From Abditibacteriaceae bacterium (lineage in GTDB: Bacteria; Armatimonadota; Abditibacteriia; Abditibacteriales; Abditibacteriaceae), in NCBI GenBank assembly GCA_965277285.1, contig OZ255721.1:1632001-1696000 (forward strand): DNA of 64,000 nt, read 5' to 3'. The translations under genes and the position numbers were made by a program. Shown here one piece after another: positions 29,772 through 40,112 of this stretch. Below the pieces are notes generated by a model that searched no databases, was not told where the DNA came from, and saw only the letters and a list, made by a program, of their open reading frames with translations. How positions within the stretch are numbered: the first letter of the stretch is position 1; each line of letters opens with the position of its first letter.

Positions 29772-31205
29772 ATGGCACAAACGAACGAAAAAGCCGCTTT
29801 CGTCGAACCGATTCAATTTGGCACCGATGGCTGGCGCTCGGTCATCGCCGACACTTACACCTTCGACAATGTGCGTGTCATCGCCGCAGCACTGGCGCAA
29901 CACCTTCTCAAAAACCAGAAAGCGAACGTGCCAAACGGCGTCGCCATCGGTTATGACACGCGTTTTTTGTCGCAGGAATTCGCGCGCGCCACAGCGCAAA
30001 CTCTGGCACAAAACGGCGTTCCGGCACTTTTGTCGAACCGCGATTGTCCGACGCCCGCTATCGCGTGGGCGACGCGCAGTCGCAATTGCGCAGCGGGCGT
30101 GATGATTACCGCTTCGCACAATCCGCCCAAATATAACGGTTTCAAGTTTTTGTTGCCCCAAGGTCGCGGCGCTGATAAAGCCTCGACTCAAAGCGTCGAA
30201 AGTTTTCTGCGCAAGAAATCGAGTACTCGAATTGAACCGGCGAGCGTCACCGAGTTCGATCCGCGCCCCGCTTTCATGGAACAATTGCGTAACGTGATTG
30301 ATACCGATTTATTGCGGCGCGCTAAAGGCAAAGCGGTTTGCGATTTCGTGCACGGCGTCGGGCGCACTTACTTAGATGACTTTCTGCGCGAATGTAACTG
30401 GAAAGTGACGACGTTGCGCGGCGAACCCGACCCGATGTTCGGCGGCATTTTGCCCGATCCGGCGAACCCGCTTTGTCACAAAGACTTGCAGGAAATGGTT
30501 CTCAAAACCAAATCCGATCTGGGTTTGGCCAACGATCCCGACGCCGACCGTTTTGGCGCCGTCGATTCGACTGGCGAATATATCACGCCGAATCAAGTTC
30601 TGGCGCTGGTTTACGTGCATTTGCTGGAACATCGCGGATTGGAAGGCGCTGTGGCGCGCACCGTTGCGACGACGTGTTTATTGGACGCGATTGCGCACAA
30701 GCATCATCAGCAAGTAATTGAAACGGCGGTTGGTTTCAAATGGCTGGGCGAAAAAATCGACGACGGCGAAGCGATTTTGGGCGGCGAAGAATCGGGCGGT
30801 TTGAGTATTGCGAACCATTGCCCGAACAAAGACGGTATCGTCGCCGATTTACTGATCGCCGAAGTCTTCGCGGCGGACAAAAACAAAACGCCACTCAGCG
30901 AACGCTACGCGCAAATCATGAAGAAATATGGCGCGTTTCATTCCGACAGAATCGACGTTCATTTGACGACCGAAGCCAAAGACAAATTGATGAACGGAAT
31001 GAAAAGCGCGCCGCCGACTGAATTTGCGGGCGTCAAAGTGGCGGACGTGGTCACAATTGACGGCGTAAAGTTGAACCTGGAAGACGGCTCGTGGTTGCTC
31101 TTACGCGCCAGTGGAACCGAACCTTTGGTGCGCGTTTACTTTGAAGCGCGCGGCAAAGGTCGCCTGAAAGAATTGCGCAAAGCCGCCGCAGAATTGAACG
31201 CATAG
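29772..31205 (+). CDS. phosphoglucomutase/phosphomannomutase
   Basis: FGTDGWR, ITASHNP, DPDADRFG, GGEESGG, RASGTEP. Confidence 0.92.
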   Translation: MAQTNEKAAFVEPIQFGTDGWRSVIADTYTFDNVRVIAAALAQHLLKNQKANVPNGVAIGYDTRFLSQEFARATAQTLAQNGVPALLSNRDCPTPAIAWATRSRNCAAGVMITASHNPPKYNGFKFLLPQGRGADKASTQSVESFLRKKSSTRIEPASVTEFDPRPAFMEQLRNVIDTDLLRRAKGKAVCDFVHGVGRTYLDDFLRECNWKVTTLRGEPDPMFGGILPDPANPLCHKDLQEMVLKTKSDLGLANDPDADRFGAVDSTGEYITPNQVLALVYVHLLEHRGLEGAVARTVATTCLLDAIAHKHHQQVIETAVGFKWLGEKIDDGEAILGGEESGGLSIANHCPNKDGIVADLLIAEVFAADKNKTPLSERYAQIMKKYGAFHSDRIDVHLTTEAKDKLMNGMKSAPPTEFAGVKVADVVTIDGVKLNLEDGSWLLLRASGTEPLVRVYFEARGKGRLKELRKAAAELNA

Positions 31206-31210
31206 ACCTA

Positions 31211-31289
31211 TAATCCAGCGAACCCGAAGCGTGAGCGAGGGAGATAGTTTGAGAATCTCCCTCGCTCACGCTTCGGGTTCGCTGGATTA
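31211..31289. repeat. GAACCC-type REP doublet with 35-bp perfect arms
   Basis: TAATCCAGCGAACCCGAAGCGTGAGCGAGGGAGAT and its reverse complement. Confidence 0.9.
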
Positions 31290-31323
31290 CAAGTTCATTG
31301 ATGCAGATCGAGTACTGAATATT

Positions 31324-32340
31324 ATGAAAAAACGAGTTTTGTCGTTGCCGCCGTTGTCGCACATCGCCACCATGTTCGAGGAAGAAACCTGGGCGTGCCT
31401 GCGTGAAGAGTTCGAGGTTTATGAAAATGCGTCGTTCGAGCCGATGCCAGCCGAAGAAGTCGCGGCTCGTTTGCGCGAATGCGATGCGGTTTTGACCGAT
31501 CCCGATTCGCCGTCGTTTACGCGCGAAAGTCTGGAAAGCGCGAATGACTTAAAAATCATCGCGCACACGGCGGGCAGCGCCAAAGATATTTTAAGCGAAG
31601 AACTGGTGCACGATATTTTGATTCCGCGCGACATCGTAGTCTTTTCCGGCAACGACGGATTGGCTTTGAACGTCGCGGAAAGTACGGTCGGTTTAATGAT
31701 CGCGGCCAGCCGGCGCTGGAACGAGCACGTCGCGTATTACCGCAACACGCGGCGCTGGAGCGACGATTTGCCGCGCAACGGGCAATTTCTGTCCGGCGCG
31801 ACGGTTGGTCTGGTTTCGGCTTCGGCAGTAGCGCGCCATGTGATTCGTCTGCTGCAACCATTTGGCTGCGAGATTTTAGTTTTCGATCCGTTTTTGTCGG
31901 GCGAAACAGCGCGCAGCCTGGGCGTTTCGAGTACGGGATTGGACGAATTGTGCGAGCGCAGCGACATCATCAGCGTTCATGCGCCTTCGCTGCCCGCCAC
32001 CAAAAAGCTGATCGGCGCCAGCCAGTTTCGTCAGATGCGCGATGGCGTAACATTCATCAACACGTCGCGCGGCGCAGTTATAGACGGTGAAGCGCTTATC
32101 GAAGAATGTCGCAGCGGACGTATTTTGGCCGCGCTCGATGTGACGCAACCTGAACCATTGCCCGCCGATTCGCCACTGTGGAGTTTGTCGAATGTGACGC
32201 TGACGCCACACCTGGCGGGCGAAGGTTACGCCGGTTACTTCCGCATCGGCGAAGCGACTTTGGAAGCCTTGCGCGACTTGTTCGCGGGAAATGCTGTTGC
32301 TGGTCGCGTGCCGCTGGAAAAATGGGATATCTTGGCGTAA
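31324..32340 (+). CDS. D-isomer-specific 2-hydroxyacid dehydrogenase family protein
   Basis: VAES, DIISVHAP, FINTSRG, ALDVTQPEPLP, LTPHLAG. Confidence 0.9.
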   Translation: MKKRVLSLPPLSHIATMFEEETWACLREEFEVYENASFEPMPAEEVAARLRECDAVLTDPDSPSFTRESLESANDLKIIAHTAGSAKDILSEELVHDILIPRDIVVFSGNDGLALNVAESTVGLMIAASRRWNEHVAYYRNTRRWSDDLPRNGQFLSGATVGLVSASAVARHVIRLLQPFGCEILVFDPFLSGETARSLGVSSTGLDELCERSDIISVHAPSLPATKKLIGASQFRQMRDGVTFINTSRGAVIDGEALIEECRSGRILAALDVTQPEPLPADSPLWSLSNVTLTPHLAGEGYAGYFRIGEATLEALRDLFAGNAVAGRVPLEKWDILA

Positions 32341-32466
32341 AAGAGACAATTTGAGAACGATCCCAACTCATTCGTGAACGAGTGGGCTACAGAATACGAA
32401 GCCCATGCTTCAAGAGCGGGTGTCACGTTAACGTCGTACCTTAAGTTAAATGTCGTAAACACCACG

Positions 32467-34635
32467 ATGACGAACAATCTCCTTCCAACAGCCTTCGACG
32501 GCGAAAACGTTTCAAGCGAAAACGCGTCGCTCAAGGAACAATTGCGTCTATTGCAGAGCGCGTTGGAAGTGGAAACACAGGCGCGCCAAACTGCCGAGGC
32601 GCGATTGCGTGAGTTGGAACAGCAACAAGAACAAAAAACACGGCAACAAGAAACAAAGCAACAAGGAGAAGCGGCGCTTGGTGATACCTTTCATTATTTG
32701 CAAGCGATGCTCGACAATGTGGAAGCCTCCATCGTCGCCTGCGATACGAACGGGCAACTCATTTTTTCCAATCGCTGCGCGCGACAATGGCGTGGCTTGC
32801 CCAATGCCACAGTGCCGATAGATTATCTGGCGCAGCACCACGACACTTTTTATATTGATGGTAGCCCGATTGTAAACATTGACGATTATCCTTTGGTGCG
32901 TGCTTTCAAAGGCGAAACGTTGCGCGATTACCAATTCGAGATCAGGCCCGCGAACGCGCCGCATCGAGTACTCGAAGTGAACTCGCAGCCTCTCATCGAC
33001 GCGGCGGGGCGCAAGTTGGGCGCGGTTTCTGTCGCGCGCGACATCACGGCACAAAAGCAAATAGAAAAGGAATTGCGTCAATCACAGGCACGATTGGCGG
33101 TTCTTCTGGCCAACTTGCCGGTCATCATTTTCGCGTTGGATGCCAAGGGCGTTTTTACTTTTTCCGATGGTCAGGGCTTGCGCGTGCTGGGCGTTGCGCC
33201 GGGCGCTGTGGTCGGCGTGTCCGCTTTCGAGTTGTATCAGGATTATCCTGAAATCATCGAGAACATTCGCCTGACTTTAAGTGGCCAAGGTGATGGTCAC
33301 TGGCAAAGCAACGTCGATGGAAAGATTTTTGAAACGCAATGCCGTCCTCTTTTCGACGAACGCGGTCGCATTTGCGGCTTGACCGGCGTTTTCCTCGATT
33401 TGACGGCACAAAAAAACGTCGAGAGCGCCTTGCGTGAAAGCGAACAACGTTTTCGCGCTGCATTGGACGGCAGCCTGGATGCGTTTTATATTTTGCAAAG
33501 CGTGCGCGACACCAACGGCGAAATCGAGGACTTTGTTTTTGTCGAAGTCAACGCGTTGGGCGCGCGTCTCGTCTCGCGCACGCGCGAAGAAATTATCGGA
33601 CAAAAGTTTTGCGAACTGTTCCCCTTCAATCGAGACAACGGCATTTTTGATGGGCACGTTCGCGTTGTAAAGACGCGCATGCCAATTGAAAAAGAGTTTC
33701 CTGTTGCCGCAAGCGACGTGCGCGCTTCGTGGGTTCGTCACCAGGTCGTGCCGCTGGGCGATGGCGTCGCCATTACAGCGCGCGACATCACCGAGCGCAA
33801 GCACAGCGAAGAGCGTCTTCAGGAATATACCAAACTGCTGGAAGCTTCCAACCACGAACTGGAAAACTTCGCTTATGTCGCCTCGCACGATTTGCAGGAA
33901 CCTTTGCGCAAAATCCGCGCGTTTGGCGACCGCCTGGCCCACAAAAACGCGGACGAGCTTTCGCCCGAAGCACTCGATTCGATTGCGCGGATGCAAAGCG
34001 CCGCTCAACGGATGCAACAATTGCTGGAAGATTTGCTGACGTATTCGCGCTTGGCGACACGCACGCGTCCTTTCGCGCCAGTTAATTTGAACAAAATAGC
34101 GCAAGAAGTCGCTGCCAGTTTCCGCGACGAAGTCGAGCGCAGTGGCGCGCAAATTACCATCGGCGACTTGCCCACCATTCAAGGTGATAACGAACAAATT
34201 CGCCAGCTTTTCTGCAACTTGTTCGACAATGCGCTCAAATTCCGCCGCGAAGGTGTCACGCCCTTGATTGAAGTTCGCGGCACATCCATTGAGATGTCGC
34301 CCGACGCGATGTCGCCCGACCAATCGAGTACTGGAAAAGCGGCATACTGCTTGGAAATCAAAGACAATAGTATGGGTTTTGATGAAAAATATCTCGACCG
34401 CATCTTCGCGCCGTTTCAGCGTTTGCACGCGCAAGGCGTATACGAAGGCAACGGCATCGGACTGGCGCTTTGTCGCAAAATTGCGGAGCGTCACGACGGC
34501 AATATCACGGCGCACAGCACGCCAAACCAAGGCAGCACGTTCATCGTGACATTGCCGCAGAACGTTGCTACAACAAGCGTTGCTACAACAAGCGTTGCCA
34601 CAACCGAAGATGCACGCTCTGAAGGAAAATTATGA
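32467..34635 (+). CDS. multi-PAS sensor histidine kinase
   Basis: Three PAS/PAC segments; FAYVASHDLQEPLRKI; NLFDNALKF; GIGLALC; start uncertain. Confidence 0.92.
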   Translation: MTNNLLPTAFDGENVSSENASLKEQLRLLQSALEVETQARQTAEARLRELEQQQEQKTRQQETKQQGEAALGDTFHYLQAMLDNVEASIVACDTNGQLIFSNRCARQWRGLPNATVPIDYLAQHHDTFYIDGSPIVNIDDYPLVRAFKGETLRDYQFEIRPANAPHRVLEVNSQPLIDAAGRKLGAVSVARDITAQKQIEKELRQSQARLAVLLANLPVIIFALDAKGVFTFSDGQGLRVLGVAPGAVVGVSAFELYQDYPEIIENIRLTLSGQGDGHWQSNVDGKIFETQCRPLFDERGRICGLTGVFLDLTAQKNVESALRESEQRFRAALDGSLDAFYILQSVRDTNGEIEDFVFVEVNALGARLVSRTREEIIGQKFCELFPFNRDNGIFDGHVRVVKTRMPIEKEFPVAASDVRASWVRHQVVPLGDGVAITARDITERKHSEERLQEYTKLLEASNHELENFAYVASHDLQEPLRKIRAFGDRLAHKNADELSPEALDSIARMQSAAQRMQQLLEDLLTYSRLATRTRPFAPVNLNKIAQEVAASFRDEVERSGAQITIGDLPTIQGDNEQIRQLFCNLFDNALKFRREGVTPLIEVRGTSIEMSPDAMSPDQSSTGKAAYCLEIKDNSMGFDEKYLDRIFAPFQRLHAQGVYEGNGIGLALCRKIAERHDGNITAHSTPNQGSTFIVTLPQNVATTSVATTSVATTEDARSEGKL

Positions 34636-35096
34636 ATCACACTTTACGCCGTTCGTTCGTAATTTTACTGGCGGATGATGATGAAGACGACCGTGTGCTG
34701 GCGCGCGAGGCGATTGCCGAGAGCGAATTCGTGAGCGCCTTGAACTGTGTCAGCGACGGCGAAGAAGCGATGGATTATCTCCAGAAAACAGGCGCTTACG
34801 CGGGCGCGACAACGGACATGGCGCCGCGTCCCGATCTGATTTTGCTCGACCTCAATATGCCGCGCAAAGACGGGCGCGAAGTGTTGCGCGAACTGAAAAA
34901 CGATGCCGCGTTGCGCCGCATTCCCATTGTGGTGTTGACCACTTCCAAAGCCGAAGAAGATATTTTGCGCACTTACGACTTGGGCGTCAACTCGTTCATC
35001 ACCAAACCAGTCAGCTTCGATGGACTGGTCGAAGTAATGAAAACGCTTAACAAATATTGGGCAAAAACCGTTCAACTGCCGCCCCACGAAAGTTAA
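34632..35096 (+). CDS. single-domain response regulator (Rcp1-like)
   Basis: LLADDDEDD, PDLILLDLNMP, VVLTTS, NSFITKP; ATGA overlap with the kinase. Confidence 0.93.
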   Translation: MNHTLRRSFVILLADDDEDDRVLAREAIAESEFVSALNCVSDGEEAMDYLQKTGAYAGATTDMAPRPDLILLDLNMPRKDGREVLRELKNDAALRRIPIVVLTTSKAEEDILRTYDLGVNSFITKPVSFDGLVEVMKTLNKYWAKTVQLPPHES

Positions 35097-35163
35097 CTGG
35101 ACGCGTGCTAATCCGTATCGCCCAATTCGAGTACTCGGTAAGGCGCCAAGCATTACGAAATCC

Positions 35164-35240
35164 GTCCAGAACCCCAAGCGTAAGCGCGGGGCTGAAAGCA
35201 TAGTTACGTCAGCCCTGCGCTTACGCTTGGGGTTCTGGGC
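35164..35240. repeat. GAACCC-type REP doublet
   Basis: CCAGAACCCCAAGCGTAAGCGCGGGGCTGA / TCAGCCCTGCGCTTACGCTTGGGGTTCTGG. Confidence 0.85.
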
Positions 35241-35351
35241 AGACTTGGCGTAAAATGGCGTGTCTCTTATTGGTGAATCGCTGTACCTTCAGGCAATATA
35301 GAGCGTAAACACGTTTCTTGCAATTCTTAGCCGCGTGTTTTATCGAAACCT

Positions 35352-37592
35352 ATGATTTCATTCGCTGCAAACCGCCAACGAACTGTCTGCGGCGTGCTCA
35401 GCTTAGCCGTTTTTATCTCGTTTTTTCTGTTATCAGGAATGTCGCAGCCTGCGAGGACATCAGCCAAAGTAGTTCGAGATAACGCGCCGCGTACCGTCAA
35501 CGCTGATATTTGCAACGTTGATGTTTGGATGAAAAGCGCGCGGCGAACTTTTGTTCCCACAACTGCTTTAGGCGCGGGCGTTGATGGTCACGAAGCAGAC
35601 AGCATCGCGCAGATTTATACGCCCGCCAACATTTCCGCGATGAAGTCCGTCGGGCTGCATTCGCTGACTTATCGCCTGCGCACCGAACTTGGCGTCGAAG
35701 CCTGGCACTGGAATCCGCGCGGACAATGGAGCGATGCCGCGCATCATTGCGGCTACTGGGTTTCAAACGCGCGTTCGACTGCGACCATCAAAAAATGCTA
35801 CGGTTATCGCTTGCCGCGTCGTGGCAATACCATCGACCAAGCGAACAACGACGGTTATTCGCGCTTAGATGATGGCGACCCCAAGAGTTTTTGGAAAAGC
35901 AATCCGTACCTGGACGCGCATTTCACCGGCGAATCGAACGCGCGGCATTCGCAGTGGATCGTGATTGATCTGGGCGACGCACAGGCGATTTCGCAGATTC
36001 ACATCAGTTGGGGCGTGCCTTTCGCTACACATTACACAATCGAGTACTGGAACGGCACAAACAACAGCGTGGGCGAAAATAATCTCGGTCAATGGCAGCG
36101 TTTTCCCAATGGAACCGTGAATAACGGGCGCGGCGGCAACACCGTTCTTCGTTTATCGACAACAGTTGTGCAAACGCATTATGTGCGCTTGACGATGACA
36201 CAAAGTTCGCCCCAAGCGCCGCTTGGTTCGCACGACATCCGCGATAGTTTGGGCTACGCGATTCGGGAAATTGCGCTGGGCAATAGCAGTCGCAACGGAC
36301 AGTTTCACGATGCCATTCATCATCGCCGTGACAATCATCAAACCTTGATGTACACGTCTTCGACCGATCCCTGGCACCGCGCGCAAGACATCGACAAACG
36401 CGTGGAACAGCCGGGTTTCGATACAGTTTTTCGCAGCGGTTTAACCAACGCAATGCCGTTGCTAACACCCACCGGCTTGCTTTATGACACTCCAGAAAAC
36501 GCCGCCAACGAACTACGTTTTCTGTGTTCGCGCGGCTACAATGTGCAGCGCCTCGAACTGGGCGAAGAAGCGGACGGGCAATACATCGCGGCTGAAGATT
36601 ACGCGGCGCTGTATGCGCAATGGGCGAAATCGCTGCATGCCGTGGATCCGCACATACAATTGGGCGGGCCGTCGTTTCAAACTGTCGAACTGGATATTTT
36701 GGCGTGGCCGCTTCCAACGCAGAAGCAAACCTGGCTCGAACGAGTACTCGATTATCTCAATGCGCACAATCGCAAAAGTGACTTCAACTTTTGCTCGTTT
36801 GAATGGTATCCCTTCGATGACGTGTGCGCGCCGACACAGCCACAATTGATGCGCGCTCCGGCGAAACTCGACGCTGCAATCGCGCGTTTACGCGGCAGTT
36901 TGCAGCGCGCCGGATATTCTTCAAATACCCCGCTTCTCATCAGTGAATACGGTTATTCGGCGTTTGCAGCGCAGGCTGAAGTCGATATGGCAGGCGCGCT
37001 TTTCAACGCAGAAACCGTCGGCGATTTTCTCAGCGCGGGCGGCGAAACGGCGTATCTTTATGGTTATGAACCCGACGAACTTCTTCAGGAAATAACGTGC
37101 AAAGCGCCGCAAAAAGCGTGGGGCAACAACATGATTTTGCTCGGCGATGACGAACATCAGGCCAAATATCGCACCGCGACGTATTACGCGGCCTGGTTGA
37201 TAACGCATCAATGGCTGGGAAATGCGAGCCAAGCGCACCAGCTTTTCACGTCTTCCACAGATTTGGAAGATAGTCAGGGGCGCGCCTTAGTCGCCAGCTA
37301 CGCGGTTCATCGTCCTGATGGTTTGTGGTCGGTGTTGCTGCTCAACAAAGACGAGCGCAAAGCGCATAACGTGCGCCTCCGTTTTCACAACGAACAAAAG
37401 ACGACGCGAAGTTTCAATGGTCTGGTCGATATTTACACATTTTCGCGCGCACAATACGTCTGGCATGCGCGCGACGATCAAGGTTTCCCCGCGCCCGACA
37501 ACTTTCCGGTTCACACTACGCAAAAAAGCGGACAGAATTTCACCGTGACTTTGCCGCCTTATGCATTGTGTGTTGTACGTGGCCGAATGTGA
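35352..37592 (+). CDS. secreted glycoside hydrolase-like protein with an inserted discoidin (F5/8 type C) domain
   Basis: N-terminal hydrophobic segment; QWIVIDLG...ISWG...YTIEYW; ELGEEADG and LLISEYG resemble clan GH-A motifs. Confidence 0.65.
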   Translation: MISFAANRQRTVCGVLSLAVFISFFLLSGMSQPARTSAKVVRDNAPRTVNADICNVDVWMKSARRTFVPTTALGAGVDGHEADSIAQIYTPANISAMKSVGLHSLTYRLRTELGVEAWHWNPRGQWSDAAHHCGYWVSNARSTATIKKCYGYRLPRRGNTIDQANNDGYSRLDDGDPKSFWKSNPYLDAHFTGESNARHSQWIVIDLGDAQAISQIHISWGVPFATHYTIEYWNGTNNSVGENNLGQWQRFPNGTVNNGRGGNTVLRLSTTVVQTHYVRLTMTQSSPQAPLGSHDIRDSLGYAIREIALGNSSRNGQFHDAIHHRRDNHQTLMYTSSTDPWHRAQDIDKRVEQPGFDTVFRSGLTNAMPLLTPTGLLYDTPENAANELRFLCSRGYNVQRLELGEEADGQYIAAEDYAALYAQWAKSLHAVDPHIQLGGPSFQTVELDILAWPLPTQKQTWLERVLDYLNAHNRKSDFNFCSFEWYPFDDVCAPTQPQLMRAPAKLDAAIARLRGSLQRAGYSSNTPLLISEYGYSAFAAQAEVDMAGALFNAETVGDFLSAGGETAYLYGYEPDELLQEITCKAPQKAWGNNMILLGDDEHQAKYRTATYYAAWLITHQWLGNASQAHQLFTSSTDLEDSQGRALVASYAVHRPDGLWSVLLLNKDERKAHNVRLRFHNEQKTTRSFNGLVDIYTFSRAQYVWHARDDQGFPAPDNFPVHTTQKSGQNFTVTLPPYALCVVRGRM

Positions 37593-37612
37593 ATCGCGTA
37601 AATATCGTTCGC

Positions 37613-37691
37613 CGTAGGAGCGTCAGCTTGCTGCGCCCACTTCGGGCAATCGAGTACTCGAAAGCGGGCGCAGCAAGCTGACGACCTTACG
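37613..37691. repeat. GTAG-type REP doublet with the 12-mer in the loop
   Basis: CGTAGGAGCGTCAGCTTGCTGCGCCC / GGGCGCAGCAAGCTGACGACCTTACG; same family as 20602. Confidence 0.88.
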
Positions 37692-37703
37692 ATGATTGCT
37701 TTT

Positions 37704-40112
37704 TCAACGATTGCGGTTGAGTTGGTCGCGCACGAGGGCGCGCAAGCGGTCGGGGTCGAAGGGTTTGGCGAGCATCGGGCGATTGGCCTTTTTCAGAAAA
37801 TCCTGCGTCGAGCGCGACATTGTATCGCCAGTCACGAAAACCACGCGCGGCAGCAAATCGGGGCGCGCGGTCTGCAAAATCTCGAAAAACGTCGGGCCGC
37901 CGACAGCGGGCATTCGTACGTCGCTGATAATCAAATCGAAGTCGCGCTCTTGCAACAACGCGAGAGCTTCGCCGCCATTGAAAGCGGGTGTGATTTCATG
38001 ATCGTCCATTCTCAGAATTTCGCTCATCAGCAAAATTACCGGCTCTTCGTCATCGACTACCAAAATCTGCGCGCCTTCAACTCCCTCTTCATCGTTTTCG
38101 TAATTTTCCCTTTCACGCGCTTCATCTGCCGCATCCGCTTCCCGGATAATTTCATTTTCTGCGCGGTTTTGTGCGACGCTTTCGCCCGAAGCGCCCGGCA
38201 GTTCGATGAAGAAGCGCGCACCTTGTCCCAGCGTGCTTTCAGCCCAAATGCGACCGCCGTGACGCGACACGATGTCGAGCGAAATGCTCATGCCCAAACC
38301 GGTTCCCTCGCCATCCTGCTTGGTCGTCCAGAACGGGTCGAAGATGCGGCGCAAATGATCGGGCGCGATGCCTGGCCCGTTATCGGCGAAAGAAACCAGA
38401 ACGCCGGGCGCGCCGCCAACGGTCACGCGCTTGGTTTCCACCGCAATCGTGCCGCCGCCACGCCATTCGTGCAAGGCTTGCTGCGCGTTGTTGATGATAT
38501 TGAGAAAGACTTGCTGCAATTGATGCGAATCGCCCAGCACCAGCGGCAAGTCGTTCGAGTACTCGAACGTCAGGCGCACGTTTTCGGCTTGCAATTGATA
38601 AATGCGCATTTCCGACAAATGACGCAACGACTGGTTGATGTCAAGCGCATCGGAACGCGTTTCTTCGCGGCGCGCAAACGACAGCAAATTGGCGACGATG
38701 CGCGCCGCACGCGAAGCGTCTTCGTAGATGTGCTCGATCTGGCGGCGCGCATGAGCTGGCAGCGAAGTGTCTTCCTGCAAAAGTTGCGCGTAGCCAGTCA
38801 CCGTCGTCAAAGGGTTGTTGAGTTCGTGCGCCACGCCAGAAATCAGTTCGCCCAGAGCGGCCAACTTTTCTGATTGAATCAGTTGTTCGCCCAAGCGCCG
38901 CTGCTCCGTGATGTCGCGCAACACGCGCACGACACGACGCTGCTCATCGCGTTGATTATCGTCGCGCTGAATATCGTCACGCTGAATATCGTCACGCTGA
39001 ATATCGTCACGCTGAATATCGTCACGAGTCAACAAGCTCACGCGTTGGTTCAGGTAAGGCGAAAGGCGCAACGAGGAAACCGTTTCCAAAATGATGCGCG
39101 CGGGCGTTCCAAAGCGAAATTCGCCGGTGTGCACATCGCGCCCGGACAAGTCGCCCGCCAATGGCTGCAAAGCGCGCAATTGTTGATAATCGGCGAGACG
39201 CGCGCATAATTCCTCGCTCGTGCGCCCGATGACCTGCGGCACTTCGGAACCAAAAAACGCCGCCGCAACCGGATTGGCGCGCAGCACTGTGCCGTCTTCG
39301 CGCTCGATGAAAACGCCGTCGACCATGCCGTCAAAGGCCGTTTCCCATTCGCACTTGGCGCTTTCAATTTGCTCGAACAAACGTGCTTTTATCAGCCCGA
39401 CCGCCCCGCTTTCGCCAAACGCTTCAAGCGCGCCAACATCGAGTACGCCAACATCGAGTACTCGATGTTGCGATTCGCGCCAGCCCAATTGTAGAATCGC
39501 AATGACAACGCCATCCTTCAGCAGAGGAACCGCAATTTGCCGCTCGTTTTCAAAAGAGATTTCGCCACGCGCCGCTTTTTCGACTGCGGACGCCAGCTCA
39601 ACATCCAGAACGTGCTCTGCGTCTGCGCCCACGTCATGCACGAAAGTTGCCGCTTTGGACGATGATTTATCGCGCCACAGAATTCTCGTTTGGCCATCTG
39701 GCGCCGAGATGTGGCTCAAGATGGCGATCCATCGTGGTTCTGTCTCAGCCTCGAACGTTTCTTCCGGCTTGGAACGGCCCAGCGACAAAGTGAGATTGGC
39801 GAATTCTCGCTGCCGCAACCAGAGAACGCCGTGTTGTGCATTGGTTAAAGCGATGCCGCCCGCGACGAGAGATGTAGCCACGTCATCGAAAAAAATCGCG
39901 GTCGCAATCGCCATTTGAGCGCGCGCTAAAACGTCGGCGTCCCAAGAAGCGGTTACCACATTAGCTGAAACAACAATTGCGGGAACATTTGCGGCGTTTG
40001 GCACGATGTTTTGAGTGGCATCGGAACGTCGCGTCACATCGTTATTCTGATCGAAGTTTTGCTGGATGGAATGGCTCATACGGCTTGATATTTCGGCATT
40101 ATGGTTTGGCAT
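37704..40112 (-). CDS. hybrid sensor histidine kinase (GAF-PAS-HisKA-HATPase-REC)
   Basis: QSEKLAALGELISGVAHELNNPL, DNGPG, GTGLG, ILVVDDE...SDVRMP; ATG overlaps the upstream TAA. Confidence 0.92.
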   Translation of the reverse strand: MPNHNAEISSRMSHSIQQNFDQNNDVTRRSDATQNIVPNAANVPAIVVSANVVTASWDADVLARAQMAIATAIFFDDVATSLVAGGIALTNAQHGVLWLRQREFANLTLSLGRSKPEETFEAETEPRWIAILSHISAPDGQTRILWRDKSSSKAATFVHDVGADAEHVLDVELASAVEKAARGEISFENERQIAVPLLKDGVVIAILQLGWRESQHRVLDVGVLDVGALEAFGESGAVGLIKARLFEQIESAKCEWETAFDGMVDGVFIEREDGTVLRANPVAAAFFGSEVPQVIGRTSEELCARLADYQQLRALQPLAGDLSGRDVHTGEFRFGTPARIILETVSSLRLSPYLNQRVSLLTRDDIQRDDIQRDDIQRDDIQRDDNQRDEQRRVVRVLRDITEQRRLGEQLIQSEKLAALGELISGVAHELNNPLTTVTGYAQLLQEDTSLPAHARRQIEHIYEDASRAARIVANLLSFARREETRSDALDINQSLRHLSEMRIYQLQAENVRLTFEYSNDLPLVLGDSHQLQQVFLNIINNAQQALHEWRGGGTIAVETKRVTVGGAPGVLVSFADNGPGIAPDHLRRIFDPFWTTKQDGEGTGLGMSISLDIVSRHGGRIWAESTLGQGARFFIELPGASGESVAQNRAENEIIREADAADEARERENYENDEEGVEGAQILVVDDEEPVILLMSEILRMDDHEITPAFNGGEALALLQERDFDLIISDVRMPAVGGPTFFEILQTARPDLLPRVVFVTGDTMSRSTQDFLKKANRPMLAKPFDPDRLRALVRDQLNRNR
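38952..39026. repeat. in-frame 15-bp tandem repeat (RDDIQ x4 plus a degenerate unit)
   Basis: CTGAATATCGTCACG x4 at 38967-39026. Confidence 0.95.

Noticed and set aside
31231..31323. N-terminal extension of the hydroxyacid dehydrogenase
   Set aside because: It is a translation of the REP hairpin; ATG 31324 is preferred.
33277..34530. Long antisense ORFs (also 7807-8943, 37692-38873, 18965-19957, 21091-22059)
   Set aside because: These are shadow frames of well-supported genes on the opposite strand with no recognisable motifs.
32467..35096. Kinase/regulator pair as a phytochrome system
   Set aside because: The kinase core and regulator are of that subfamily, but no GAF-PHY chromophore module is visible, only PAS domains.
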